DNA of 64,000 nt from an uncultured SAR92 cluster bacterium (lineage in GTDB: Bacteria > Pseudomonadota > Gammaproteobacteria > Pseudomonadales > Porticoccaceae): positions 3,893 to 67,892 of the forward strand of contig CACLAG010000002.1 of NCBI GenBank assembly GCA_902604945.1, read 5' to 3'. The notes beneath the pieces are model-generated. The model worked only from the letters and a program-made list of their open reading frames with translations. It had not been told where the DNA came from and did not search any database. Numbering within the stretch: position 1 is the stretch's first letter; each line of letters starts with the position of its first letter. The position numbers and the translations under genes are program-made. This document shows, in pieces, positions 49,563-59,299 of this stretch.

Positions 49563-50942
49563 GTGAATATATTTTCAAAACTTGAGTCTATAGTCGGACC
49601 AAAAAATGTCAGTATTGAACACGCGGATTTGGAAAAATTTGGTTTAGATCGAACAAATATTTATTGCTCAAATCCTCGAGTGATAGTATTTCCAACATCC
49701 ATTGATCAGGTTCAGCGAGTTATTTTTTTGGCTAACGAACTTGAGATCCCAATTGTACCATCTGGGGGTCGAACTGGACTGAGTGGAGGAGCTGTAGCCT
49801 CAAAATCTGAAATAGTTCTTTCAATGCATAAGATGAATAGTATCCTTGATGTGAACTTAAATGATCGCACAGTGACCGTCGAAGCTGGTGTGACAACTCA
49901 AGAGGTTCAAGAGGTAGCGACTAAAAATGGACTCTTTTATCCAGTTAATTTTGCTTCTGTCGGATCGAGTCAAATTGGTGGGAATGTTGCTACAAATGCT
50001 GGCGGAGTGAACGTTATTAAGTATGGAATGACCAGAGACTGGGTGTTAGGTATTACTGCAGTTACCGGATCTGGAGAGCTTTTAGAGCTGAACAAATCCC
50101 TCATTAAAAATAATACAGGGTATGATTTTCGTCATCTTTTTATCGGGTCTGAAGGAACGCTTGGAATTATTTGTAAAGTGACACTCAAACTGACCGAGCC
50201 TCCACCACCCTCATCTGTTTTTATTCTGGGCGTTTCAAAGTTTAAAGATTTGCTCGAGGTGCTAAAAATATTTCAGTCAAAATTATCCTTACAAGCATTT
50301 GAATTTTTCAGTGATCATGCGTTAGAGAAAGTTATAGAAGCCCATGGATACCCAAAGCCATTTGAAACTTACGCACCATTTTATGCACTAATAGATTTTG
50401 ATAATCAAGACAACACATCCCAGGATGACGCTTTAAAATTGTACTCAGAATGTGCGGATAAAAAACTCGTTTTAGATGGTGTAATGAGCGAGAGCATTGC
50501 ACAGTCTCAAAATATGTGGAAATTGAGAGAAGATATTTCTGAAACACTCTGGCATTATCAACCTTACAAGAATGATCTTTCTGTCAGAATATCTAAAATG
50601 CCCAAATTCTTGGATGAAGTTGGTAGTTTTATTAAAAAGAGTTATCCAAATTTTGAGGTAATTTGGTATGGCCACATTGGTGATGGTAATTTACATTTAA
50701 ACATATTGAAGCCGGCAGCATTAAATAAGTCTGAATTTAAATCTCTATGTGATGATATTTCAATGAACCTAGGACAGCTTGTAGAAAGTTATGATGGAAG
50801 TATTAGTGCAGAACACGGAGTTGGTATTTTAAAGAGGGATTATCTCAAATTTTCAAAGTCGTCTGGAGAGATAAGTTTGATGGCAGAAGTAAAAAAAGTG
50901 TTTGATCCAAAAGGTATATTGAATCCGGGGAAGCTCTTATAA
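49563..50942 (+). CDS. FAD-linked oxidase (GlcD / D-2-hydroxyacid dehydrogenase family)
   Basis: 459 aa, GTG start. FAD-binding PCMH domain (IVPSGGRTGLSGGAV) and C-terminal EHGVGILKR motif. Confidence 0.82.
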   Translation: MNIFSKLESIVGPKNVSIEHADLEKFGLDRTNIYCSNPRVIVFPTSIDQVQRVIFLANELEIPIVPSGGRTGLSGGAVASKSEIVLSMHKMNSILDVNLNDRTVTVEAGVTTQEVQEVATKNGLFYPVNFASVGSSQIGGNVATNAGGVNVIKYGMTRDWVLGITAVTGSGELLELNKSLIKNNTGYDFRHLFIGSEGTLGIICKVTLKLTEPPPPSSVFILGVSKFKDLLEVLKIFQSKLSLQAFEFFSDHALEKVIEAHGYPKPFETYAPFYALIDFDNQDNTSQDDALKLYSECADKKLVLDGVMSESIAQSQNMWKLREDISETLWHYQPYKNDLSVRISKMPKFLDEVGSFIKKSYPNFEVIWYGHIGDGNLHLNILKPAALNKSEFKSLCDDISMNLGQLVESYDGSISAEHGVGILKRDYLKFSKSSGEISLMAEVKKVFDPKGILNPGKLL

Positions 50943-50975
50943 TTTCAGCTGAGTCAAGTTAGGAGATATTTCCTT

Positions 50976-51644
50976 ATGGGTTCATATAATCATAAAATAG
51001 ATAGTAGCGACGCTTCACTCCCCTTGGGAAAGATTGTCTGTGTTGGGAGAAATTTTGCTGAACATGTTCGTGAGCTTGAAAATAAAATTCTTGATGAGCC
51101 CATATTATTCTTAAAACCATCTACTTCGCTTTCCCCCTTTTTAGAGCAAATAACGATATATAAATCTTTTGGAGCGTGCCATTTTGAAACCGAGCTCTCA
51201 CTGTTGATTGGCAAGAAATTAACAGGATGCTCCAAACACGAAGCGGTAAATGCCATTGCAGGAATTGGCTTAAGTCTTGATCTTACATACAGAGATTTGC
51301 AGAAAGAATTAAAATCACAAGGACTCCCTTGGGAAAAAGCTAAAGCTTTTGATAATGCGTGCCCTACTTCAACTTTTATTTCAGCCAACAAATTCTATGA
51401 TCTTGATAATATTTGTTTCAAAATGTACAAAAATGGTCAGTTACAACAATCTGCAAATACATCAAATATGATATGGAAAATTGCTGAATTGATTTGTTAC
51501 GCGAGTAGATTTTTTACTTTTTTGCCCGGCGATATCCTTTTAACAGGAGCGCCGTCAGGCGTCGGAGCTCTTCAGAACAATGATACATTGCTTGCAGAAA
51601 TTCCTGGCTTTTTGGACGTTAGTACCACTGTTGCTGTGAAATAA
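50976..51644 (+). CDS. Fumarylacetoacetate hydrolase family protein (YcgM-like)
   Basis: 222 aa. KIVCVGRNFAEH, ETELSLLIGK and PGDILLTGAPSGVG motifs. Confidence 0.82.
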   Translation: MGSYNHKIDSSDASLPLGKIVCVGRNFAEHVRELENKILDEPILFLKPSTSLSPFLEQITIYKSFGACHFETELSLLIGKKLTGCSKHEAVNAIAGIGLSLDLTYRDLQKELKSQGLPWEKAKAFDNACPTSTFISANKFYDLDNICFKMYKNGQLQQSANTSNMIWKIAELICYASRFFTFLPGDILLTGAPSGVGALQNNDTLLAEIPGFLDVSTTVAVK

Positions 51645-51655
51645 GATTATTTAAA

Positions 51656-51883
51656 ATGGAAATAGAGAGAGGTATTTACCAACATTACAAGGGCAACCTT
51701 TATTCTGTTATTGGCCAGGCAACACACAGCGAGACCGGAGAGCAATTAGTCTTCTACCAGGCGCTTTATGGAGAGAGAGGCTTTTGGGCAAGGCCGCTTC
51801 AGATGTTTGGAGAAATGATTCATGTTTCAGGGAAAACAATACCTCGATTTAAGTTAGTAAGCAAAGCAGATGAAAAGTCATAG
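51656..51883 (+). CDS. DUF1653-family small protein
   Basis: 75 aa. YQHYKGNLYSVIGQATHSETGEQLVFYQALYG matches my recollection of the DUF1653 signature. Confidence 0.65.
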   Translation: MEIERGIYQHYKGNLYSVIGQATHSETGEQLVFYQALYGERGFWARPLQMFGEMIHVSGKTIPRFKLVSKADEKS

Positions 51884-52286
51884 ATTTGCAAATTTACTGA
51901 AAACAGAAGTACAAACTTTTGCAATTAGATCATCTGGGCCTGGAGGGCAAAATGTCAATAAAGTTTCATCAGGAATTCATTTGAGATTTAACCTTAATCA
52001 ATCGTCGATACCAAGATATTTGAAAGAGAAAATCCTCAATAGTGCCGATAGAAGAATAAGTAAGGAAGGGGTGCTGATTATTAAGGCTCAGCGTTTCAGG
52101 ACCAAAGAAAAAAATTCTAAAGATGCATTTGACAGGTTATTAAAGTTAATTGACCAGCATTTACTAATAACGAAGGAAAGAAAACCGCGGCAACCTTCAG
52201 GTAGGCAAATTCAAAAAAGGCTTGATGACAAGGCATTGAATTCAAGAAAAAAGTTGATGAGATCAAAGCTAATTTTCAGCGAGTGA
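51870..52286 (+). CDS. arfB: Alternative ribosome-rescue factor ArfB (peptidyl-tRNA hydrolase, YaeJ)
   Basis: 138 aa. GGQ motif in SSGPGGQNVNKV and a basic C-terminal tail. Overlaps the DUF1653 gene by 14 nt. Confidence 0.9.
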   Translation: MKSHRFANLLKTEVQTFAIRSSGPGGQNVNKVSSGIHLRFNLNQSSIPRYLKEKILNSADRRISKEGVLIIKAQRFRTKEKNSKDAFDRLLKLIDQHLLITKERKPRQPSGRQIQKRLDDKALNSRKKLMRSKLIFSE

Positions 52287-52441
52287 GGACATGAATTAGA
52301 TTAAAATATTTCAAAACCCTAGTTCAAATACCTATACATCCCAAGTGCAGCATCTTTATATCTATTATTTCAATAAACTGCTCTCCCCAAATTAACGCAT
52401 GCTATATACTGCAATATATTAATTTTTAATCAGCAAGGGGT

Positions 52442-52942
52442 ATGGGTGTGCTTGATAAAAATGGATTTAGATCCAATATTGCTATGATTGTGAGCAATGG
52501 CTGCGGCAAGGTTCTTTTGGCAAAGAGGATAGGTCAAAATTCATGGCAGTTCCCTCAGGGAGGTATTGATGGAGACGAAGCGCCAAAAGATGCCCTTTTT
52601 AGGGAGCTAAAAGAAGAAATTGGCCTTGACCAAAAAGATGTTGAGATTTTGAAACAATCCAGTCAGTGGTTTAAATATAAAATTCCGCTGAACTTACAAA
52701 GAAAGCGTTCGAAGCCAGTCTGCATAGGGCAAAAACAGAAATGGTTTTATTTAAAGTTAGTTTCTGATGAATCCAATATCAAGCTTGACTTAACATCGAA
52801 TCCAGAATTTGACGAATGGCAGTGGGTTAACTATTGGTACCCAATTTCTGCGGTCATATCTTTTAAGAAAAAAGTATATCAGCAAGCGCTACGAGAGTTC
52901 GCAAAGTTAAATATGGATATGGAAAGAAGGCTAAGTGGATAG
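52442..52942 (+). CDS. rppH: RNA pyrophosphohydrolase RppH (Nudix)
   Basis: 166 aa. Nudix box GGIDGDEAPKDALFRELKEEIGL. WQFPQGG. Confidence 0.92.
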   Translation: MGVLDKNGFRSNIAMIVSNGCGKVLLAKRIGQNSWQFPQGGIDGDEAPKDALFRELKEEIGLDQKDVEILKQSSQWFKYKIPLNLQRKRSKPVCIGQKQKWFYLKLVSDESNIKLDLTSNPEFDEWQWVNYWYPISAVISFKKKVYQQALREFAKLNMDMERRLSG

Positions 52943-53044
52943 ATTTTTCCAAACACATTCAATAGAGTGTTGTAATGGCAACTTTAAGCTTTTCAGTTTT
53001 ACATTTGCTTTACTGAAAATTAAACAGATAAAAGAGACAGTTTT

Positions 53045-53851
53045 TTGCTTCATTTTCCAAATATTGATCCTATAGCAATTTCCGTTGGCCCTCTCCCCAT
53101 AAGGTGGTATGGCCTTGCGTATTTATCCGGGTTTATCGTCGCGATAATATTAGCCAAGCGAAATAGCCAGAGACCCTGGTCTCCAATTCAAAAAAGTAAG
53201 GTAGAAGATCTGATTGCGTATGGTGTGATGGGAGTAGTTCTAGGAGGAAGAATCGGATACGTACTTTTTTACAGCGTAGACAGATGGATGGCCGATCCAC
53301 TTCTCATATTACGAATTTGGGAAGGAGGTATGTCCTTTCATGGAGGATTAATAGGCGTTACTGCAGTAATCTTTTTATACAGTCGCGCCAATAAGATTGA
53401 TTTTTTAAGCTTGGGTGATTTCGTAGCTCCTCTTGTGCCAGCAGGTTTGTTTTTTGGAAGGATTGGTAATTTTATCAATCAAGAGCTGTATGGACGGATT
53501 ACCGAAGTGCCTTGGGCAATGATTTTCCCTGCAGATCCATTTAAATTGCCACGGCATCCGTCTCAATTGTATGAAGCTTTTCTCGAAGGGCTAGTCCTTT
53601 TTGTAATTGTCAACTTGTTTGCACGGAAGCCTCGTCCTAAAGGGCAAATCGCTGGAATATTTTTAGTTTTCTATGGATCATTTAGATTCGTTATTGAATT
53701 TGTGCGGCAGCCTGATGCTCAATTTTTGAATCAAGAGGCAATGATTTCTTCGCTCGAATGGATGACTCGAGGACAATGGCTATGCGTTCCAATGACCTTT
53801 TTAGGTGTATGGTTTTTACGAGATTATCTAATAAATTACATCAAAAGGTGA
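53045..53851 (+). CDS. lgt: Prolipoprotein diacylglyceryl transferase
   Basis: 268 aa, TTG start giving MLHFPNIDP. GGMSFHGG and GRIGNFINQELYGR motifs. Confidence 0.94.
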   Translation: MLHFPNIDPIAISVGPLPIRWYGLAYLSGFIVAIILAKRNSQRPWSPIQKSKVEDLIAYGVMGVVLGGRIGYVLFYSVDRWMADPLLILRIWEGGMSFHGGLIGVTAVIFLYSRANKIDFLSLGDFVAPLVPAGLFFGRIGNFINQELYGRITEVPWAMIFPADPFKLPRHPSQLYEAFLEGLVLFVIVNLFARKPRPKGQIAGIFLVFYGSFRFVIEFVRQPDAQFLNQEAMISSLEWMTRGQWLCVPMTFLGVWFLRDYLINYIKR

Positions 53852-53857
53852 CCCAAA

Positions 53858-54763
53858 TTGATTCAATATCATAATTTAATGAAGTTCATTTTAGATAATG
53901 GTGTAGAAAAAATGGACCGAACTGGTGTCGGGACAAGGAGTATCTTTGGATATCAAATGCGGTTTAATTTGTCAGATGGATTTCCGCTGCTTACAACGAA
54001 ACGCGTTCATTTCAAGAGTATTCTGCATGAATTATTGTGGTTCATCAGAGGTGATACGAATATCCGGTATTTGATAAGTAATGGTGTAAATATATGGAAT
54101 GATTGGCCTTATCAAAATTGGCTGAAAGAGACGGGTCAGAATGTTAAATATCAAACTTATTCCCCGGAATGGCGTGCGAACATGAAGGAGTTTGTTCAAA
54201 AAATTAAAGAAGATGATGAATTTGCATCCAAATATGGAGATTTAGGTCCAGTTTATGGAAGGCAATGGCGCAATTTCGGTGGTGTCGATCAACTCGCTCA
54301 GCTGATTGATGATTTAAACAATAATGCTCATTCAAGAAGACTAATCGTATCTGCTTGGAATCCTGAAGATATTCCAGTTATGGTGAAATCTGGGTTACCA
54401 CCATGTCACACGTTATTCCAGTTTTACGTAGCAGATGGAAAGTTAAGTTGTCAGCTCTATCAAAGGAGTGCAGACGTTTTTTTGGGTGTGCCTTTCAATA
54501 TTGCATCTTACGCATTATTAACATTCATGATTGCTAAAGTTACTGGATTTGAGCCAGGCGATTTTGTTCATACTTTTGGAGATGCTCATTTATATTTAAA
54601 TCATTTTGACCAAGTCAATGAACAATTATCGAGAGATTCATATCCTCTCCCAAACCTCATTATCAATGATGGGGTAGCTACTTTATTTGACTTTTTGTAT
54701 GAAGATTTTGAGCTAAGGAATTATCAGCATCATCCTGCTATACCGGCATCAGTGGCTGTTTAA
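53858..54763 (+). CDS. thyA: Thymidylate synthase (ThyA, long form with an internal insertion)
   Basis: 301 aa, TTG start. [19 protein letters not shown] (catalytic Cys) and [17 protein letters not shown] motifs. Confidence 0.95.
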   Translation: MIQYHNLMKFILDNGVEKMDRTGVGTRSIFGYQMRFNLSDGFPLLTTKRVHFKSILHELLWFIRGDTNIRYLISNGVNIWNDWPYQNWLKETGQNVKYQTYSPEWRANMKEFVQKIKEDDEFASKYGDLGPVYGRQWRNFGGVDQLAQLIDDLNNNAHSRRLIVSAWNPEDIPVMVKSGLPPCHTLFQFYVADGKLSCQLYQRSADVFLGVPFNIASYALLTFMIAKVTGFEPGDFVHTFGDAHLYLNHFDQVNEQLSRDSYPLPNLIINDGVATLFDFLYEDFELRNYQHHPAIPASVAV

Positions 54764-55263
54764 TGAGATTATCAATCATTGTTGCAATGTCGCGAAATAA
54801 TGCAATCGGTGTGAATAACGAGCTACCGTGGCATCTTCCTGAGGATTTAAAAAACTTTAAAAAACTTTCACTCAACAAGCCAATCATAATGGGTAGGAAC
54901 ACTTTTGATTCTATTGGCAGACCTTTACCAGAGCGAGATAATATTGTTTTGAGTCGCAACGCAGAAATGAATAACGAAAATATCTTTTTAGCGAATAATC
55001 AAGATAGAGCCTTAGACCTAGCTGAGGGATTCGCAAAAAAAAGGCAATGTGACGAGATTATGATTATCGGCGGGGAACAAATCTATCGTATGTTTTTCAG
55101 AAGTGTTTCAAGAATATATTTGACATTGGTGGATACTAATATCAACGGAGATGCATTCTTTCCAGCTTTGGATAAAAAAATTTGGGTTGAAAGATTTGTT
55201 TCAAAGAATATACATGAAAATGGACTTACCTATCAATTCTTAACACTTGAAAAATCTCAATGA
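54763..55263 (+). CDS. folA: Dihydrofolate reductase
   Basis: 166 aa. IVAMSRNNAIGVNNELPWHLPEDLKNFK. TAATG overlap with the thyA stop. Confidence 0.94.
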   Translation: MRLSIIVAMSRNNAIGVNNELPWHLPEDLKNFKKLSLNKPIIMGRNTFDSIGRPLPERDNIVLSRNAEMNNENIFLANNQDRALDLAEGFAKKRQCDEIMIIGGEQIYRMFFRSVSRIYLTLVDTNINGDAFFPALDKKIWVERFVSKNIHENGLTYQFLTLEKSQ

Positions 55264-55513
55264 TTGATCTTCCTCGTCATTGTCCATTAATTGATTATAT
55301 ATTAGCAAAATCTAGGCTAGTTATTGCAAAATGGGGTATAAAATTTTGCCATGACATGTTACCTTATCACCCGAATAAAGGTCCGGTGACTCAAGTATTT
55401 AGACTAAACGCATTGATTTTTTTCAAATAGACTGATAAAAAGACCGACCCGGAATTAGATATAAATAAAAATAACGCTACAGCAATATCCTTAAATCCAT
55501 TATTGAGGGACTC

Positions 55514-56335
55514 ATGAAAAGACAAGCTTTTAACATTTTAATATCGCCACTTTTATTAGTAGGCGCATTGGCGAGCTTCCAGATTTATTCTGATGAGATG
55601 CAATCTGAACAAATCACGATAACTCCAGAAGTAAAAGTGAGTGATATTCTTTCTGCAGGCGCAAAGAAAGTGCAGAGCGCCAAGAGATCACAAGTTACTG
55701 TTGATCGAATAGCAGATCAAACTGATTCGTTACTTCAAGAATTTAAGCAAGTTAACAAGCAAATAGAGAACTTAAGGGTCTACAACTCTCAACTAGAAAG
55801 ACAGATTGCCAGTCAAAAAAGAATCATGGCTGAGTTGAAGGAGTCTATATCTAATGCAACGGTCATTGAAAGAGGTGTCACGCCATTGATGATTTCTATG
55901 CTCGCAAGTTTGGAGGATTTTATTCAGTTGGATATGCCGTTTAAGAAAGAGGACCGATTAGACGCAGTTTCGGATTTAGAAATTAACTTAGACAGCGCAA
56001 AATTTTCTGCAGCTGAAAAATTCCGACAGATACTTGAGCTTTATGACATTGAATCAGACTACAGTTTATCTATTGAATCTTATCGAGATTTGATAGATAT
56101 CAAATCAGACGGGTCTACGGTTGAAGTTGATATGCTCAGGGTTGGCAGGGTAGCTTTAATGTATCAAACCAAAGATAAGTCACAATCTGGAGCTTGGAAT
56201 AAAGAAACTGGGTCATGGGAGGAATTGGGTTCTGAATATCGTCGTCCGATTGACCAAGGAATCAGAATAGCTAAAAAGATTAATACACAAGACGTGATGG
56301 AGATGCCGATTACGGCTCCGGAGGTAGCACAATGA
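55514..56335 (+). CDS. DUF3450-type periplasmic coiled-coil protein (TtpB-like, TonB2-system associated)
   Basis: 273 aa. Signal peptide and heptad-rich middle region. First gene of a TtpB-TtpC-ExbB-ExbD-TonB-TtpD-like order. Confidence 0.7.
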   Translation: MKRQAFNILISPLLLVGALASFQIYSDEMQSEQITITPEVKVSDILSAGAKKVQSAKRSQVTVDRIADQTDSLLQEFKQVNKQIENLRVYNSQLERQIASQKRIMAELKESISNATVIERGVTPLMISMLASLEDFIQLDMPFKKEDRLDAVSDLEINLDSAKFSAAEKFRQILELYDIESDYSLSIESYRDLIDIKSDGSTVEVDMLRVGRVALMYQTKDKSQSGAWNKETGSWEELGSEYRRPIDQGIRIAKKINTQDVMEMPITAPEVAQ

Positions 56336-57699
56336 AAATCTTCAATATAATTCGAGGAATTACGTCATTACTAGTCGTGTTTTTTTGCATCTCGGTAACT
56401 GCGCAAGAGGCAAAAACACTGGATGAATTGCTTGACATGATAGAGAGTTCTGCTATTTCTGAGACCGCTGAATCCAAAAAGAGAGAATCAAATTTTGTTC
56501 GTGATCAAAGAAAACAGGCGGGTCTTCTCAAACAAGCAAGGGATACAGAAGCGGCAGAGGAGAGACGTTCTGATCGATTAGAGAAAAATATCCGAGATAA
56601 TGATATTCAAATTGCAAAATTGAGAGAACAAAAGGATAAGAGACTAGGTTCTCTTAAAGAACTTTTTGGCCACCTTACGGGTGCCGCTGGCGATATTAGA
56701 GCGAAGCTCGAACAATCTATTGTTAGTGCTCAATATACTGGGAGGACGGAGTTTCTTAGTGAGCTGATTGATAAGATGAGTAGTGATACAAGGCTGCCGA
56801 GTATAGAAGAAATAGAGCAGCTCTGGTTTGAGCATCAACGCGAGATGATTGAAAGCTCAAAAATTGTCAAATTTAATAGAAACGTTCTTATGGCAGACGG
56901 CACACAGGCTGAGATGGAAGTTGTCAGAATTGGAACATACAATCTCTTAGCTGATGGTAAATATTTAGAATACAGCCCGGAAACTGGTTTAGTGTCTGAA
57001 TTAGCTAGACAGCCATCGGGATATAGTGGAGGAGCAGAGGATCTCCAATATGCTGATTCAGATTTTACTAAGGTTGGCATAGATCCCAGTGGTCCATTGG
57101 GAGGAGGTCTACTAAAGGCACTCATTAACACTCCGACGTTGTACGAAAGGTGGCAGTTCGGTGGAATAGTTGGCCTGATTATCACTATCGTTTTCTTTAT
57201 AGCGATTATTTTGGCTGTCTATAGATTCGTTGTTCTCTCTGGCGTCGCATCAAAAGTTAAATCCCAGTTACAGTCAAAACAAGCAAATGAAAATAATCCG
57301 CTTGGTCGAGTGTTAAAAGTAGCTGATGAAAACGCTACTCTTGATACAGAATCTCTCGAGTTAAAACTGCATGAAGCGGTGCTGAGGGAGCGTCCAAAGA
57401 TCGAATCTGGTCTCAATTATCTGAAAGTAATATCTATGGTTGCCCCACTAATGGGATTGTTAGGAACCGTAACGGGAATGATTATCACTTTCCAGATGAT
57501 TACATTATTTGGAGCAGGAGATCCCAAAGCGATGGCTGGAGGTATATCTCAAGCTTTAATCACAACTGTTTTAGGTCTTGTGGTTGCAATACCTACCGTA
57601 TTAATGCATACGCTTGTGAATAGTAAAGCGCAGAAGATACTTCATGTTTTGGAAGAACAATCTGCGGGTATAGTAGCGAGTTCTTTAGAGAGCAAATAA
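56332..57699 (+). CDS. Long MotA/TolQ/ExbB-family proton channel protein (TtpC-like)
   Basis: 455 aa. Signal/TM, long coiled-coil periplasmic part, and C-terminal MotA_ExbB domain (PLMGLLGTVTGMI). ATGA overlap with the upstream gene. Confidence 0.82.
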   Translation: MKIFNIIRGITSLLVVFFCISVTAQEAKTLDELLDMIESSAISETAESKKRESNFVRDQRKQAGLLKQARDTEAAEERRSDRLEKNIRDNDIQIAKLREQKDKRLGSLKELFGHLTGAAGDIRAKLEQSIVSAQYTGRTEFLSELIDKMSSDTRLPSIEEIEQLWFEHQREMIESSKIVKFNRNVLMADGTQAEMEVVRIGTYNLLADGKYLEYSPETGLVSELARQPSGYSGGAEDLQYADSDFTKVGIDPSGPLGGGLLKALINTPTLYERWQFGGIVGLIITIVFFIAIILAVYRFVVLSGVASKVKSQLQSKQANENNPLGRVLKVADENATLDTESLELKLHEAVLRERPKIESGLNYLKVISMVAPLMGLLGTVTGMIITFQMITLFGAGDPKAMAGGISQALITTVLGLVVAIPTVLMHTLVNSKAQKILHVLEEQSAGIVASSLESK

Positions 57700-57702
57700 T
57701 CG

Positions 57703-58242
57703 ATGTTTTTTGCTGACACACTTGCCGAAATGGGCAAGTTCATGGACTCCGGAGGCAACGTGCTCTGGATGATTGTGATACTGCTCTTCTTTATGTGGAC
57801 TCTCATTTTTGAGAGAGTTTGGTATCTGACGAAATCTTGTCCTAGAGTACTCAGGATTAAGATAGATGTGTGGTCTGGAAGGAAGGATCGTAGATCAAAA
57901 TCTGCTCTACAAATTCGAGAGAAGGTGATTTCAGAAGCGGCCCTGCAAATCGATAATAACATGATGATGATTAAGACCCTTATTGCCGTTGCACCACTAT
58001 TTGGATTGCTTGGAACTGTTACTGGTATGATAACTGTTTTTGATGTTATGGCCTTTACTGGTGGGGGAGACGTCAAGGCAATGGCAGGTGGTGTTTCGAA
58101 AGCCACAATACCAACAATGGCGGGAATGGTAGCTGCGCTTTCTGGGTTGTTTGCTATGACATTAGTAGAGCGTGCAGCCGAGAAAAAGAAATTTTATTTA
58201 GAAGATAACTTGATTATAGATAGAAGAATTGCAGAAAGATAA
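57703..58242 (+). CDS. exbB: ExbB/TolQ proton channel protein (short form)
   Basis: 179 aa. PLFGLLGTVTGMI motif and three TM segments. Confidence 0.88.
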   Translation: MFFADTLAEMGKFMDSGGNVLWMIVILLFFMWTLIFERVWYLTKSCPRVLRIKIDVWSGRKDRRSKSALQIREKVISEAALQIDNNMMMIKTLIAVAPLFGLLGTVTGMITVFDVMAFTGGGDVKAMAGGVSKATIPTMAGMVAALSGLFAMTLVERAAEKKKFYLEDNLIIDRRIAER

Positions 58243-58265
58243 AAGACTTTACTTACTGGTAAACC

Positions 58266-58670
58266 ATGAGAAATAGAACAGCAAAGGCACAATCACAAGG
58301 TCAAACAATAGACTTAACTCCTATGTTGGATGTTGTCTTTATTATGCTTATTTTTTTTATAGTCACTGCAACTTTTATCAAATTGCCCGGACCGACCGTC
58401 TCCAAAATTGACACTGTAACTGAAGACCCATATAAAAAGGTCACTATTCTTGTTGCAGTCACCGAAATTGATGAATTTTGGATTGATAAAAAGCGTGTTG
58501 AAGAAAGTGCTCTGAAATTGAATTTAACACGAATATTTAATGAGAATCCTAAAAGTGGAATGGTAATTCAAGCGGATAATGAATCGAGTATCGAGTCTTT
58601 AGCAAAGGTTGCTGACATTGCCAGAGATGTAGGTATATCTCCTGTAGCAATATCGGTAGAAAATGATTAA
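58266..58670 (+). CDS. exbD: ExbD/TolR biopolymer transport protein
   Basis: 134 aa. DLTPMLDVVFIMLIFFIV with the conserved TM Asp. Confidence 0.9.
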   Translation: MRNRTAKAQSQGQTIDLTPMLDVVFIMLIFFIVTATFIKLPGPTVSKIDTVTEDPYKKVTILVAVTEIDEFWIDKKRVEESALKLNLTRIFNENPKSGMVIQADNESSIESLAKVADIARDVGISPVAISVEND

Positions 58671-58682
58671 GAATAAATATAA

Positions 58683-59288
58683 ATGAACGCTATAAGAATC
58701 AGTGCCTCTTCGCTTTTGGGTTTAGCTATAACCTTCGGTCTTGTATTTGTTATGTTCAAATTGATAGATTCGGGCAATGATGAACTGGATAATGAGAAAA
58801 CTATTAAGATACCTGACTTTCTTCATATAGAAAGAGAATTAACAGAGAATATGAAGAAAACAGAGGTCGATAAACCAGATGAACCGGAGACGCCACCCCC
58901 AGAAATTCCAGAGGACCAGATAGATTTCGAGGTTCCTGATAATGCAGTAAGCATGGCGGCTCCCAAGGTAACCGCGAATTTAAATGCAAATTTAGGTACC
59001 TTTTCCAGAGATTCCGATTATATTCCTGTGTATGTGCCGCAGCCTCAATATCCCAGGAGAGCTCAATCTCGAGGTAAAGAAGGCTATGCCGTAATCGAGG
59101 TAATTATCACTCCCACTGGCGGTGTCCGAGATCCTAAACTTCTTGAAGAGGATCCCGAGGGCTGGGGCTTTGGTAGGGCTGCTATGAAAGCTGCTCTCAA
59201 ACTTAAGTATAATCCTAGGGTGGTTGACGGAGTAGGACAGGAAGTACCTGGTGTTTTGTATAAATTTACATTTAACATGGCTAAATAG
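58683..59288 (+). CDS. tonB: TonB energy transducer
   Basis: 201 aa. N-terminal TM, Pro/Glu-rich spacer (PDEPETPPPEIPED), C-terminal TonB domain (YPRRAQSRGKEGYAVIEV). Confidence 0.9.
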   Translation: MNAIRISASSLLGLAITFGLVFVMFKLIDSGNDELDNEKTIKIPDFLHIERELTENMKKTEVDKPDEPETPPPEIPEDQIDFEVPDNAVSMAAPKVTANLNANLGTFSRDSDYIPVYVPQPQYPRRAQSRGKEGYAVIEVIITPTGGVRDPKLLEEDPEGWGFGRAAMKAALKLKYNPRVVDGVGQEVPGVLYKFTFNMAK

Positions 59289-59299
59289 TAGATAAAAAG

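Noticed and set aside
53858-54763. ThyA is about 35 residues longer than E. coli ThyA, considered as a fusion or intein
   Set aside because: The extra residues form a single internal insertion (around [13 protein letters not shown]...[10 protein letters not shown]). This is a site where long-form ThyA proteins are known to carry an insert, and all catalytic motifs are intact.
55264-55513. Possible Fur box or small ORFs upstream of the TonB2-type cluster
   Set aside because: The best AT-rich stretch (ATTAATTGATTATATATTA) aligns poorly to the GATAATGATAATCATTATC consensus by eye. ORFs here are under 15 codons. I do not claim it.
57642-58106. 154-aa minus-strand ORF antisense to ttpC/exbB. Similar long antisense ORFs occur at 30528-30980, 35259-35627, 32118-32504, 23348-23704 and 50990-51391.
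   Set aside because: Each is fully contained in a strongly supported gene on the other strand. They have low-complexity or Pro/Ser-rich composition typical of antisense frames, and no start context or family resemblance.
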